From an uncultured Chloroflexia bacterium (GTDB lineage: Bacteria; Chloroflexota; Limnocylindria; Limnocylindrales; CSP1-4), in assembly GCA_963746845.1 (NCBI GenBank), contig CAVVCZ010000004.1, positions 1 to 64,000 of the forward strand: a stretch of 64,000 nucleotides of DNA. The letters run 5' to 3'. The notes under the pieces are model-generated. The model was not told where the DNA came from. It searched no databases and saw only the letters and a program-made list of their open reading frames with translations. Made by a program: the position numbers and the translations under genes. Shown one piece after another: positions 1 to 8,642 of the stretch. How positions within the stretch are numbered: the stretch's first letter is position 1; each line of letters opens with the position of its first letter.

Positions 1-122
1 TGGAGGTCGAGGCGGCGGCGGAGGCCGAGCAATGGTCAAAGGCCGCCGCAGACCCCGAGTTCCGCGACGAGGCCGCGTCCATCGCCCGGACGTATGACGC
101 TGCCGAGGCCTGGCCCGACTGA
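1..122 (+). CDS. 3' end of a probable antitoxin (partial, runs off window)
   Basis: Frame from nt 3 reads EVEAAAEAEQWSKAAADPEFRDEAASIARTYDAAEAWPD*. Acidic C-terminus; its TGA overlaps the ATG of a MazF-like remnant (TGATG). Confidence 0.5.
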   Translation, partial: EVEAAAEAEQWSKAAADPEFRDEAASIARTYDAAEAWPD

Positions 123-199
123 TGGCCGGCCCTCTCCGGTGGTCGGTCGTCGTCGTCGACTTCGACCCCGTCGTCGGGCACGACGACGGCGCCGCGTAA
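122..199 (+). pseudogene. Truncated PemK/MazF-family toxin
   Basis: MAGPLRWSVVVVDFDPVVGHDDGAA* matches the MazF N-terminal 'V.vDfDPv.GhEq' motif, then stops after 25 aa. Confidence 0.6.
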
Positions 200-244
200 C
201 GAGGCGACAGGCGCCGAACGCCGCGCGATTAGGCTGATCCCCAG

Positions 245-1129
245 ATGGACGCCTTCATCAGCCACTCGTCGGCGAACGTCGAGGTCGCCAAGCGGATCGA
301 GCGCCAGCTCGAGGCCGGCGGGCTCGACGTCTGGCTCGACGACTCCGAGCTCCGGCACGGCGTCCTGCTATCGAGCGAGCTCCGCCGCCAGATCGGACAG
401 ACGCGGGCGGTCCTGCTGCTCTGGTCGAAGGATGCGGCACGGTCGCGCTGGGTCACGACCGAGTGGCTGACGGCGATCCAGCTCGGGAAGTTCATCGTCC
501 CGTTCGCGATCGACCGGACCCGGCTCCCCCAGTGCATGGAGAACGACCTCTACTACCGGGTCGACCGGGTCACCAAGCCGGAGATCGAGCGTCTTGCGCG
601 CGACGTCCGCGACGCGCCGGACGGACCCAACCGGCTCACGCCGATGCTCGCCGCGCAGGGTCCGGAGCTATCGACGGTGATCGGGCAGATCGCCCAGGCG
701 CAGGGCGAGATCGGCCAGCTGCTCGGCGAGTGGAAGGTCGATCAGGCGAAGCAGCGCCAGCTCGCGCTGACCGAGGTTACGAAGGCCGCCCTGAAGCGCT
801 GGCGGCTCGACCCGCAGCTCCAGAACCTCGCCGCGTACCACCTGAAGAACGCCTACATGATCTGCCACTGGGATGCCGTTCAGGCCGGGCGTGGCCCGCG
901 CGACCCCCTGCTCGAGCGGGCCGAGCGTCGGTTCTTCGGGACGCTGGCGATCGACCCGTGGGACCCAGGTGCGCTCAACGGACTCGGCAGCATCCTCACG
1001 TTCCGGCGGGACCTCGATGCCGCCGAGTTCTTCATCGTGGCGGCGATCGACGAGGCAAAGCGACGCGGATCGAGCTACCCCGACGCCGAGGGCGATCTCG
1101 AGCTCGTCCACCGTTACCAGCGGCCCTGA
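245..1129 (+). CDS. TIR-domain protein with C-terminal helical/TPR-like region
   Basis: DAFISHSS, VWLDD and SRWVTTEW (putative catalytic Glu) are TIR_2 motifs; C-terminal DPWDPGALNGLG...AAEFF is TPR-like. Confidence 0.85.
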   Translation: MDAFISHSSANVEVAKRIERQLEAGGLDVWLDDSELRHGVLLSSELRRQIGQTRAVLLLWSKDAARSRWVTTEWLTAIQLGKFIVPFAIDRTRLPQCMENDLYYRVDRVTKPEIERLARDVRDAPDGPNRLTPMLAAQGPELSTVIGQIAQAQGEIGQLLGEWKVDQAKQRQLALTEVTKAALKRWRLDPQLQNLAAYHLKNAYMICHWDAVQAGRGPRDPLLERAERRFFGTLAIDPWDPGALNGLGSILTFRRDLDAAEFFIVAAIDEAKRRGSSYPDAEGDLELVHRYQRP

Positions 1130-1154
1130 TCCGTCGCGACGGATGGCGCATCGG

Positions 1155-2552
1155 TCAGCGCTCCACGTACGCCAACCGGCGGAGCGGGAAGCCGAGCATG
1201 TTCAGTCCGGCAATCGCCCCCGATGACGCGCGCAGGAAGACGATCTGCTCGCCTTCGGACTCGCCGTCGCCGAGCGTGAACACCAGCGGGTCGTCGGTCG
1301 CGACCAGGGTCGAGCGGTCGGTCGGGTCGTCCTCGTCGATGAAGAGGAGGCGGCTGTCGCGGGCCTCGATCCGCACGCCGAAGCCGTAGTCGTCCTCGCG
1401 GTAGAGCCCGAGCAGCTCGCGCCAGGCCGGCGGCGTCGGCGCGGGTGGCGACGCCGGCGCGGCCGGGACGGTGGCCGCCCGGTGCGCCTCCAGCACGATC
1501 CCCGCGATCTCGTGCGCCACGGCATTCGGCCGGACGGACCCGTTGGCGAGCGCGATCACGCCGAGCCCGTCGGCCGGGCGGAAACGAACGATCGCCCGGA
1601 ACCCGTCCAGGGACCCGGTGTGCCCGAGCCAGATCGCCTCACCGAGCCGGATGGATCCCCAACCGAAGCCCTGGGCGTAGGTCCAGTCGGCGTTGGCGAG
1701 GATGGTCGGGCGTTGCATCTCGCGGAGCGTCGAGCCGTCGAGGATGCGATCGCCGTCGCCGCGCCTGTCGTCCGTCCCGAGCCGGCTCTGGACGACGATC
1801 CAGCGGGCGAGGTCCTCGACCGTCGACCACAGCCCGCCGTCGGCCGCGATCGTCGCCGGGTCGTACGACGTGGTCGTCGGGTCGCCTTCGTCGTACCGAC
1901 CCGGGCCGTAGCCGGTGGCGACACGGGCGGCCAGGTCGGGGGCGGGGTCGAGCATCGTGGAGGTCAGCCCGGCCGCATCGATCACCGCACGCTGGACATA
2001 GCGGTCATAGGGCTCGCCCGAGAGCCGACCGACGACCGCGCCCAGCAGCTGATAGCCGAGGTTGCTGTACCGCCACGACGCGTCGGGCCGGGCCGGAAGC
2101 GTCAGCCCGCCGAGGGCGGCGAGCATCTCGTCCTCCCGGCGGTAGGCGACCTCCCAGAGGTCGGGGTCGGGGATGTCGCCAAGCGGCAGGCCGGCGGTGT
2201 GGGTCAGGACGCGGCGGATCGTCACGTCCTCGATCGGGCCGAACGGGTTCGTGATCGCCCGCGCCTCGGGGAGGTGCAGCACGAGCGGGTCGTCGAGCCG
2301 CAGGCGCCCCTCGTCGCGGAGCTGGAGGAGCGCGGTCGCCGTGAACGACTTCGTGATCGAGGCGATCCGGAAGAGCGTGTCCGGTGTCACCGGCCGCGCG
2401 CTCGCCCGATCCGCGAACCCGAGCGACGACGTCCACGCGAGGGCGCCGTCCCGGACGACGCCGACCGCCAGGCCCGGTAGCCGCTGCTCGATGAAGAACC
2501 GCGACGTGAGCGCCTCGAGACGGTCCGTCAGTGGGTCGATGACCGGGTCCAC
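1155..2552 (-). CDS. Serine hydrolase, beta-lactamase/AmpC-like family
   Basis: FRIASITK (SxxK), YSN and HTG motifs. Confidence 0.9.
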   Translation of the reverse strand: MDPVIDPLTDRLEALTSRFFIEQRLPGLAVGVVRDGALAWTSSLGFADRASARPVTPDTLFRIASITKSFTATALLQLRDEGRLRLDDPLVLHLPEARAITNPFGPIEDVTIRRVLTHTAGLPLGDIPDPDLWEVAYRREDEMLAALGGLTLPARPDASWRYSNLGYQLLGAVVGRLSGEPYDRYVQRAVIDAAGLTSTMLDPAPDLAARVATGYGPGRYDEGDPTTTSYDPATIAADGGLWSTVEDLARWIVVQSRLGTDDRRGDGDRILDGSTLREMQRPTILANADWTYAQGFGWGSIRLGEAIWLGHTGSLDGFRAIVRFRPADGLGVIALANGSVRPNAVAHEIAGIVLEAHRAATVPAAPASPPAPTPPAWRELLGLYREDDYGFGVRIEARDSRLLFIDEDDPTDRSTLVATDDPLVFTLGDGESEGEQIVFLRASSGAIAGLNMLGFPLRRLAYVER

Positions 2553-2594
2553 CGCGGCATGATGCCTGACCCGGGCCCATCCCCGAGGGACGGA

Positions 2595-3785
2595 TCAGGC
2601 CTTCGTCGGGGGCAGGTCCTCTACCTCGTCCTCGGTGGTGGTCGGCGGTTCGGCCGCACCGAGGTCGCGCATGACGTCTCGGACGAGGGTCACGAGCGTG
2701 CTCGGGCTGTTCGTCATCCCCCTCGCCCCGAGGCCCCGCGCCTGGGCGTCGCGTTCGGGCGTCGCCGAGGCAGCGTAGATGATCGACGGGAGGGTGAGGC
2801 CCTGCTCGCGGATCTTCCGGAGGAGCGTGAACCCGGCCTCGCGATCGCCCGGCCGGCCCATGTCGCTGATCACGAGCGCGAACTGGTGGGACGTGTCGTC
2901 GAGGAGCTTGAGCGCCTCATTGGTGCTTCGCGCGAGCGTGAACTCGACGTTCGGGAAGAGGTTCCGGATCGCCTGCCGCTCGCTCGTGTTGTAGTCGGGG
3001 TTGTCGTCGACCCAGAGGACGTTGACGGTGCTCCCGGGCGCGAAGGCGCGCGCGGTCGCATCCGGTCCGGCCGCAGCAGTCGCGTCGACGATGGCCGTCT
3101 TCGCTTCGGCGACCCGAACGCGCGCCTCGGTCTTCCTCACCGCCGCCGCAACCCGCTGGTTCACGTCGGATAGCGCCAACAGCGACCCCAGGTTGAGCCG
3201 TGTCCAGAGGTAGCTGAGGAAGAACCCGTCGAGCAACGCGAAGACAACGAGGAGCGGGGCGAACACCTCCGCGCCCGGGAGGTTGCCGAGCCCGCCCGCG
3301 AGGAACGTGCCCAGGTCGTTGAGCGCCGTCGGGATCGAGGCGAGCTGGGTCAGGCCGACGCCGACGAGGATCTTCGTGAGCCAGTCGGAGATCTGCTCGA
3401 GGCTCGTGTTGCCGGCATAGAGCGCCATCGGGCCGCTGCCGCCGGACTGGCCGTCCACCGTCGCCGGCGGCGATGCCGTGTTCTGCAGGGAGGTCGGGAT
3501 CCCGAACAGGAAGCCGAGCAGCCCGCCGACGGCCATGGAGGCGGCCAGGATGCCGATCCCAACGGCTGAGACCGTGGCGAACTTCACGGCCGATCCTGCC
3601 TGGGTGGCGAAGATGATGGGCAGCGCGACGCCGACAACCGACGCCCCCAGCAGGAAGTTCCGGGCCGTGAGGTATTCGCGCAGCGGCCGCTCCTCCGCGT
3701 CGTCGGCGGCGGCGGCGGCCTGGACGTCGGCCGCCTCGCGCGATGGGCTGGCAGGCTGGTCGTTGTCCCGGTTTGCGGCGTTCAT
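2595..3785 (-). CDS. Multi-TM membrane protein with C-terminal receiver (REC-like) domain
   Basis: TM region with GFLFGIP...NTSLEQISDWLTKILVGVGL; C-terminal VLWVDDNP...LVISDMGR receiver motifs. Confidence 0.75.
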   Translation of the reverse strand: MNAANRDNDQPASPSREAADVQAAAAADDAEERPLREYLTARNFLLGASVVGVALPIIFATQAGSAVKFATVSAVGIGILAASMAVGGLLGFLFGIPTSLQNTASPPATVDGQSGGSGPMALYAGNTSLEQISDWLTKILVGVGLTQLASIPTALNDLGTFLAGGLGNLPGAEVFAPLLVVFALLDGFFLSYLWTRLNLGSLLALSDVNQRVAAAVRKTEARVRVAEAKTAIVDATAAAGPDATARAFAPGSTVNVLWVDDNPDYNTSERQAIRNLFPNVEFTLARSTNEALKLLDDTSHQFALVISDMGRPGDREAGFTLLRKIREQGLTLPSIIYAASATPERDAQARGLGARGMTNSPSTLVTLVRDVMRDLGAAEPPTTTEDEVEDLPPTKA

Positions 3786-3862
3786 GCGACCGTTTCACCC
3801 CGCGACTGGTCCGACTCGTCGGGCGCACCGTAGTCGGGCCGCGTCTCCTCGACGTCTGGGCG

Positions 3863-4534
3863 TCAGCGGGTCGGTCGCCAGGTCGCGTAGATCCTCTTGA
3901 ACAGGGCGCCGTCGGCCTTCGAGGCCTCGGTTCGCCCGAACATCTCGATGAAGTAGCCGTTGTGGCCCTTCGCCACGAGGATCTCGCGGATCACGATCTT
4001 CACCCCGTCCTCCGTCCCGTTGAACGTCAGCATCTTCCCGGCGTATCCGCTCGCCAGACGGATCGACGTCTTCGATACGAGCTTCGCCTTGTAGTGGGAC
4101 TTCATGAAGGCGATCTCGTGGGGGATCGTCAGATTGACCGAGGCGATGCCGGGCACGGTGACGCGGTCGATATAGACAAAGGGAAAGCCGAAGCCATCGA
4201 ACTGGTCCTCGTAGCCGGCGCCTCCCGGCGTCGCGACCCAGCCGGCGGGATAGCTGACCTTGTAGTGATAGCGCTTCGACGTGAAGCGCTGCCATGGGGC
4301 CGGCGTCGGGGTCGGACTGGGCGTCGGCGTCGGGCTGGCGGACGGGGACGGGCTGGGCGAGACCGATGGCGTCGGCGTCAGCGTCGGGCTCGGGCTCGGG
4401 GACGCGGACGGGGAGAGACTCGGGCTCGGCGTCGCCTCGGCGATCAGCGACGACGGCGACGGCTGAGGCGCAGCGTCGCAGCCTACGAGAGCCGCGACGG
4501 CGAACGCCAGGGCGAGGAGGGGCGCGCGGTGCAT
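3863..4534 (-). CDS. Secreted lipoprotein, Pro/Ser/Thr linker plus PsbP-like domain
   Basis: [19 protein letters not shown] lipobox; SPSP/TPTP linker; YKVSYPAGW motif. Confidence 0.7.
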   Translation of the reverse strand: MHRAPLLALAFAVAALVGCDAAPQPSPSSLIAEATPSPSLSPSASPSPSPTLTPTPSVSPSPSPSASPTPTPSPTPTPAPWQRFTSKRYHYKVSYPAGWVATPGGAGYEDQFDGFGFPFVYIDRVTVPGIASVNLTIPHEIAFMKSHYKAKLVSKTSIRLASGYAGKMLTFNGTEDGVKIVIREILVAKGHNGYFIEMFGRTEASKADGALFKRIYATWRPTR

Positions 4535-4675
4535 GGGACGTTCCTTCGTGCAAACCCGATGCGATCCCGGGTTGCCTTCGAGACGCGGAACCTCCGGCGA
4601 CGTTGCAGGTCCGGGTTCCTTGAGCCGCACCGGCGCGATGAGCGGCGCGTAATCGGGCTGTGCGATAGTGGGCCT

Positions 4676-4873
4676 ATGGCCCTCCGCGTTTTCGCGCGTG
4701 CACTGCCTGCGTTCGGTCGAACGACACCTGCGTCGGACCGGCCGATTCTTGCGCGCACCGTCTGGTCTCACTTCCGCGCTCAACCCGGTTTTGACGCCGA
4801 GCAGCATCAGGCGATGAGAGACCTGTCGTCCGGCAGGGTCGTGCCGCTGCGGGAGATCCCGCGCGAGCGCTAA
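4676..4873 (+). CDS. Putative antitoxin (65 aa)
   Basis: C-terminal '[16 protein letters not shown]' is typical of antitoxin tails; overlaps the RelE-like ORF downstream. Confidence 0.5.
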   Translation: MALRVFARALPAFGRTTPASDRPILARTVWSHFRAQPGFDAEQHQAMRDLSSGRVVPLREIPRER

Positions 4874-5135
4874 GGCCCTGCTCAGCCCTGCCGCGCGAGC
4901 ATTCCTGGAACAGCTGCAAGGTCCCGTCCGGGTCGCGCTCTGGGATGAGATCGCCGAGGTTGAACGGGATCCGGTCGGCCGAGGGTCGCTCGACCCCGAT
5001 GAGGCCGACCCAGAATTCGCCGGTCGCCGCGTGTCGCTCGGTGTCGCCGGCTACGCGATCTTCTTTCTCCCGAACCCCGACGGGACTGGCGTTTACGTCA
5101 CGGCCATCCGCGACTGGGACTACTCGGCGCCCTGA
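4863..5135 (+). CDS. RelE/ParE-like toxin (not in ORF track; non-canonical or mutated start)
   Basis: Open frame [37 protein letters not shown]...[14 protein letters not shown]...[14 protein letters not shown] follows the RelE-fold pattern. GGGAG lies 7 nt before GCG at 4863; a CTG is at 4878. Confidence 0.55.
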   Translation, partial: ASAKALLSPAARAFLEQLQGPVRVALWDEIAEVERDPVGRGSLDPDEADPEFAGRRVSLGVAGYAIFFLPNPDGTGVYVTAIRDWDYSAP

Positions 5136-5175
5136 ACGACCGAGCTTCGGTCAGCTGCTCGAGAGCAGCGGCCCG

Positions 5176-5574
5176 TCAGTCGTACAGCGCGCCGCCGAGC
5201 GTCGGGTCGTAGGTCCACAGCATCTCGGTCGAGCGGCATGTCGGGCAGCGAGCGGGGGCGTCGTAGCGGAATGTGCCGCCGCACTCGCATGGTTCGAGGG
5301 TTGCCTCGGCGGCCGTGTGGTACTCGTCGCGGGTCAGCGGTTCGCCCGGGTAGGTCTCCTTGATCTGACGGTCCATCTTCATCCGGGCGACCGCGTACGG
5401 GCCGGGGAGGCCCTTGACGAACCCGAGGTGGACGTCGCCGAGGTCCTGGTGGGGGACGGACTGGCTTCGACCGCAGGTGTCGCAGTGCAGGAGGTCGAAG
5501 AAGAACCCGCCGCCGTGGCTGGTGGTGAACCGCGCCCCGCAGCGGTTGCAGATGTGGCCGGTGGTGCTGCCCAT
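5176..5574 (-). CDS. Small multi-CxxC zinc-finger protein
   Basis: CNRC, CDTC, CECG and CPTC motifs. Confidence 0.75.
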   Translation of the reverse strand: MGSTTGHICNRCGARFTTSHGGGFFFDLLHCDTCGRSQSVPHQDLGDVHLGFVKGLPGPYAVARMKMDRQIKETYPGEPLTRDEYHTAAEATLEPCECGGTFRYDAPARCPTCRSTEMLWTYDPTLGGALYD

Positions 5575-5701
5575 GGGCTCCCTCGAGTCGTCGATCGCGG
5601 TCCCGACGCAGCTGCGCCGGGTTCGGATGTCGACGTGTACCGGACGGTGTCAAGAGGGCGGCAGCGAAGCTGCCCGCGAGTGGGCGCTCGCGCGAGAGCT
5701 G

Positions 5702-6343
5702 CTAGCGAACGCCCCCGTGATGGGAGCACGCCCCGCGCTTGCCACCCGAGTGGCTCATCGTCCCGTCGGAGCAGGTGACGGAGTAGCCGTTCGCCGCAGG
5801 CAGGGTCGTGATCCCGGTCGTCGTCCGGCTCCCGGCGATCCCTCCGTGACCCGAGCAGGCGCCCTGCACTCCGCCGGAATGGCTCACCCAACCGTCAGCG
5901 CAGACCACCGCATAGCCGTTGAACTGCGGACCGGCATTGACCCCCGGCGGACTCGTGGAGCTCGTGGCTCCGGCTCCCGAGCGCCCGAGCTGGGAGACGC
6001 CGCCAAGAGCAAGCGTCACGACGGCGGCGGCGGCGAGCCACGTCGTCCAGGAGCGCCTGCGCGGGGTGACGGTTGGAGAGGCCAGAGGCCGGACCGGAAG
6101 CGTCGTGCCCTGGTCGGGCGGATTCGCCGAAGTTCGTTCTCCCGACCGATCGGCCGCCGGCCCAACAGGGGCCCGGGGAACGTTCGACGGACGATCCCGT
6201 TTCGACGGCCTTCGATGCGAGACGAGTGGACGGGTCCCACGACATCGCGGATAGCGACGGCAACCCCAGAACGGACCGTACGGGCCACTGCGCTCGACCA
6301 TCAAGCCGTCGCATGCCGGACATTGGGGCTGGGATCTCGTCAT
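5702..6343 (-). CDS. Topoisomerase-type C4 zinc finger + TM + two Cys/His (DUF3761-like) repeats
   Basis: CPACDGLMVERSGPYGPFWGCRRYPRC; a TM helix; CADG..SHSGG..GACS.HGG twice. Confidence 0.7.
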   Translation of the reverse strand: MTRSQPQCPACDGLMVERSGPYGPFWGCRRYPRCRGTRPLVSHRRPSKRDRPSNVPRAPVGPAADRSGERTSANPPDQGTTLPVRPLASPTVTPRRRSWTTWLAAAAVVTLALGGVSQLGRSGAGATSSTSPPGVNAGPQFNGYAVVCADGWVSHSGGVQGACSGHGGIAGSRTTTGITTLPAANGYSVTCSDGTMSHSGGKRGACSHHGGVR

Positions 6344-6483
6344 GTCCGGGGACGCTGGTGTCGGGCGGCCGAGCGTGCAACCGGCCGATCGTCCGGCTGA
6401 GTTGCCGCAGTCGCGCTATTCAACCTACGTGAACGACCTGGCGCTGCGGCAACAATTCGGCCAGTCGCCAAGCACCGACGTGG

Positions 6484-6530
6484 TTGACTTACTCTCCGCA
6501 CTGAGTAATATTACTCATGATGTTGAGTAA
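6484..6530 (+). promoter_or_regulatory. Sigma70 promoter with palindromic operator array
   Basis: TTGACT-N16-TAATAT; perfect 16-bp palindrome TGAGTAATATTACTCA (6502-6517); extra half-sites TTACTC (6489) and TGAGTAA (6524). Confidence 0.7.
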
Positions 6531-7737
6531 CCCGGTCGAGTTGCCCACGTTCCGGCGAGCCGCGGTCGTGACCCTCGAGGAGCGCCTGCGCGAACCCCGG
6601 CGGTTCCTCCAGGTGGTCGCCGGGCCGCGCCAGGTCGGCAAGACGACGCTCGTCCGCCAGGCGATCGGCTCGATCGGTCAGACCGCCCACGTCGTCTCGG
6701 CCGACGACCCCGGTCTCCGTGACCGCCCCTGGCTTGAGGCCGCCTGGGAGGCCGGTCGGGTCCTCGCCCGGACGACGCCGGGCGCCGGCGCGATCCTCGT
6801 GCTCGACGAGATCCAGAAGGTCCCCGACTGGTCGGAGATCATCAAGCGGCTCTGGGACGAGGACACGGCTGCGGGGCGGCAGCTCCGGGTCGTGATCCTC
6901 GGATCCGCGCCACTGCTCGTCCAGCGCGGGCTCTCGGACAGCCTAGCGGGGCGCTTCGAGGTCCTGCGGCTCGGTCACTGGAGCTACGGCGAGATGCGCG
7001 AGGCGTTCGGTTGGGACCTGGAACGGTTCCTCGTGTTCGGCGGCTACCCGGGATCGGCTCCCCTCGTCGACGACTTCGGCAGGTGGCGCGACTACATCCT
7101 CGACTCGCTCATCGAGACGACCCTGTCGCGCGACATCCTCCTGCTCAACCGCGTCGACAAGCCGGCGCTCCTGCGTCAGCTCTTCCGGCTCGGCTGCGAC
7201 TACTCCGGGCAGATCGTCTCCTACCAGAAGCTGGTCGGTCAGCTGCAGGATGCTGGCAACACGACGACCCTCGCGCACTACCTTGACCTGCTGGGTGATG
7301 CGGGGATGGTTGCCGGTTTGCAGAAGTTCTCCGGGTCGCGGATCCGTCAGCGCGGGTCGAGCCCGAAGCTGCTGGCGCTGAACACGGCGCTCGTGACGGC
7401 GATGAGTGGGCGATCGCCGGCCGAGGTCACCGCCGATCGCGACGTGCGAGGCCGGCTGGTCGAGACCGCGGTCGGGGCCCACCTCGTGGCGACCGCTGGA
7501 CGGGACATCGAGGTGACCTGGTGGCGCGAGGGCGATCGAGAGGTCGACTTCGTCCTCGCAGACCGGACGCAGACCCTGGCGATCGAGGTCGGCAGCGGCC
7601 GGCCGAAGTCGAGCCCGCCGGGCCTCGCGGCCTTCACGAAGCGCTTCGGCCCGACCCGGACGCTGCTGATCGGAGCCCAGGGCTTGCCGCTCGAGGTGGC
7701 CCTTGCGACCGCGGCCACGGAGCTCCTCGCCGGCTGA
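6517..7737 (+). CDS. AAA+ ATPase with DUF4143 / C-terminal PD-(D/E)XK-like domain
   Basis: GPRQVGKT Walker A, LDEIQK Walker B, GGYPG, EVDFV...IEV. Confidence 0.9.
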   Translation: MMLSNPVELPTFRRAAVVTLEERLREPRRFLQVVAGPRQVGKTTLVRQAIGSIGQTAHVVSADDPGLRDRPWLEAAWEAGRVLARTTPGAGAILVLDEIQKVPDWSEIIKRLWDEDTAAGRQLRVVILGSAPLLVQRGLSDSLAGRFEVLRLGHWSYGEMREAFGWDLERFLVFGGYPGSAPLVDDFGRWRDYILDSLIETTLSRDILLLNRVDKPALLRQLFRLGCDYSGQIVSYQKLVGQLQDAGNTTTLAHYLDLLGDAGMVAGLQKFSGSRIRQRGSSPKLLALNTALVTAMSGRSPAEVTADRDVRGRLVETAVGAHLVATAGRDIEVTWWREGDREVDFVLADRTQTLAIEVGSGRPKSSPPGLAAFTKRFGPTRTLLIGAQGLPLEVALATAATELLAG

Positions 7738-7761
7738 CGCGGCCGAGCGTGAAGGCCTGCC

Positions 7762-8619
7762 TCAGTCGGGAGGCTCGGGCTCCACGGCGAACCGGTCCAG
7801 GACGATCCGCTGCGGCGTGTCGCCGGCCTTCTCGAGGGCCGCCTCGAGCGCGAACAGGTCGTCGACCGCGAGGGGCAGCGGCAGCTCGTTCGGCTGGTAG
7901 GTGGCGCCGTACTCGTAGAGCTCGCCCGGCGTGGTGCTCATCTCGATGTGGGCGCCGAGGATGTGCTTGATGGGCCGGCCGGCGGCGTCCTCGGCGCGGG
8001 CAAGCGCTGCGACCCGCCGCGTGCTCGCCCGGAACACGGGCCAGTCCCGGGCGAAGAGCCAGCCCGGGTAGAGCGCGTCGCCGCTCAGCAGCAGCCCGCG
8101 CGTCCGGTCCAGGAGCGTGACATGGTCCGGCGCGTGGCCGGGGGTCGGCAGGACGTCGATCGGTCGGTCGCCCAGGTCGAGCGTCGCCTGGCCCGTCGGC
8201 CAATCGGCGATCCCGAAGAACGCGGCCACCTCGTCGGCGCCGATCTCGGCCACCGAGCCCGCCGGCAGATCCGCGAACTGGCCGTCGGCTGCTCGGTGGT
8301 CGCCGTGCCCGTGCGAGTGGCTCACGATCAGCCGGGGCAGAGCGCCGCGCCGCGGCCCCCGCGCGGCGACGATCTCGTCGACCGTTCGCCGGAGCGGGAA
8401 AAGTTCCGGATCGGCCGTCGCCCCCGTGTCGTGCAGCAGCGCCGCTTCCGCGCCGAACAGCAGGTACAGGAACGGCGCCTCGAAGTTGACGCACTTGCTC
8501 TGGCGGAGGACGTACGTGTCGTCGTCGTAGGCGACGACCTGGATCGGCGGGTCGGTCGAGCCCTCGCAGTCGGCGGCACCGTGGATCCACCGGACGGCTG
8601 ACAGGTCGGTCGGCGGCAC
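7762..8619 (-). CDS. MBL-fold metallo-hydrolase
   Basis: SHSHGHGDH (HxHxDH), PGHAPDH, LSGD; GTG start at 8619. Confidence 0.85.
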   Translation of the reverse strand: MPPTDLSAVRWIHGAADCEGSTDPPIQVVAYDDDTYVLRQSKCVNFEAPFLYLLFGAEAALLHDTGATADPELFPLRRTVDEIVAARGPRRGALPRLIVSHSHGHGDHRAADGQFADLPAGSVAEIGADEVAAFFGIADWPTGQATLDLGDRPIDVLPTPGHAPDHVTLLDRTRGLLLSGDALYPGWLFARDWPVFRASTRRVAALARAEDAAGRPIKHILGAHIEMSTTPGELYEYGATYQPNELPLPLAVDDLFALEAALEKAGDTPQRIVLDRFAVEPEPPD

Positions 8620-8642
8620 CGCGTCAGGATATCGGCCGGTCC

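Noticed and set aside
4290-4470. Short tandem repeats
   Set aside because: They encode the Ser-Pro/Thr-Pro linker of a lipoprotein. Similar cases occur at 15180-15300 and 40780-41010.
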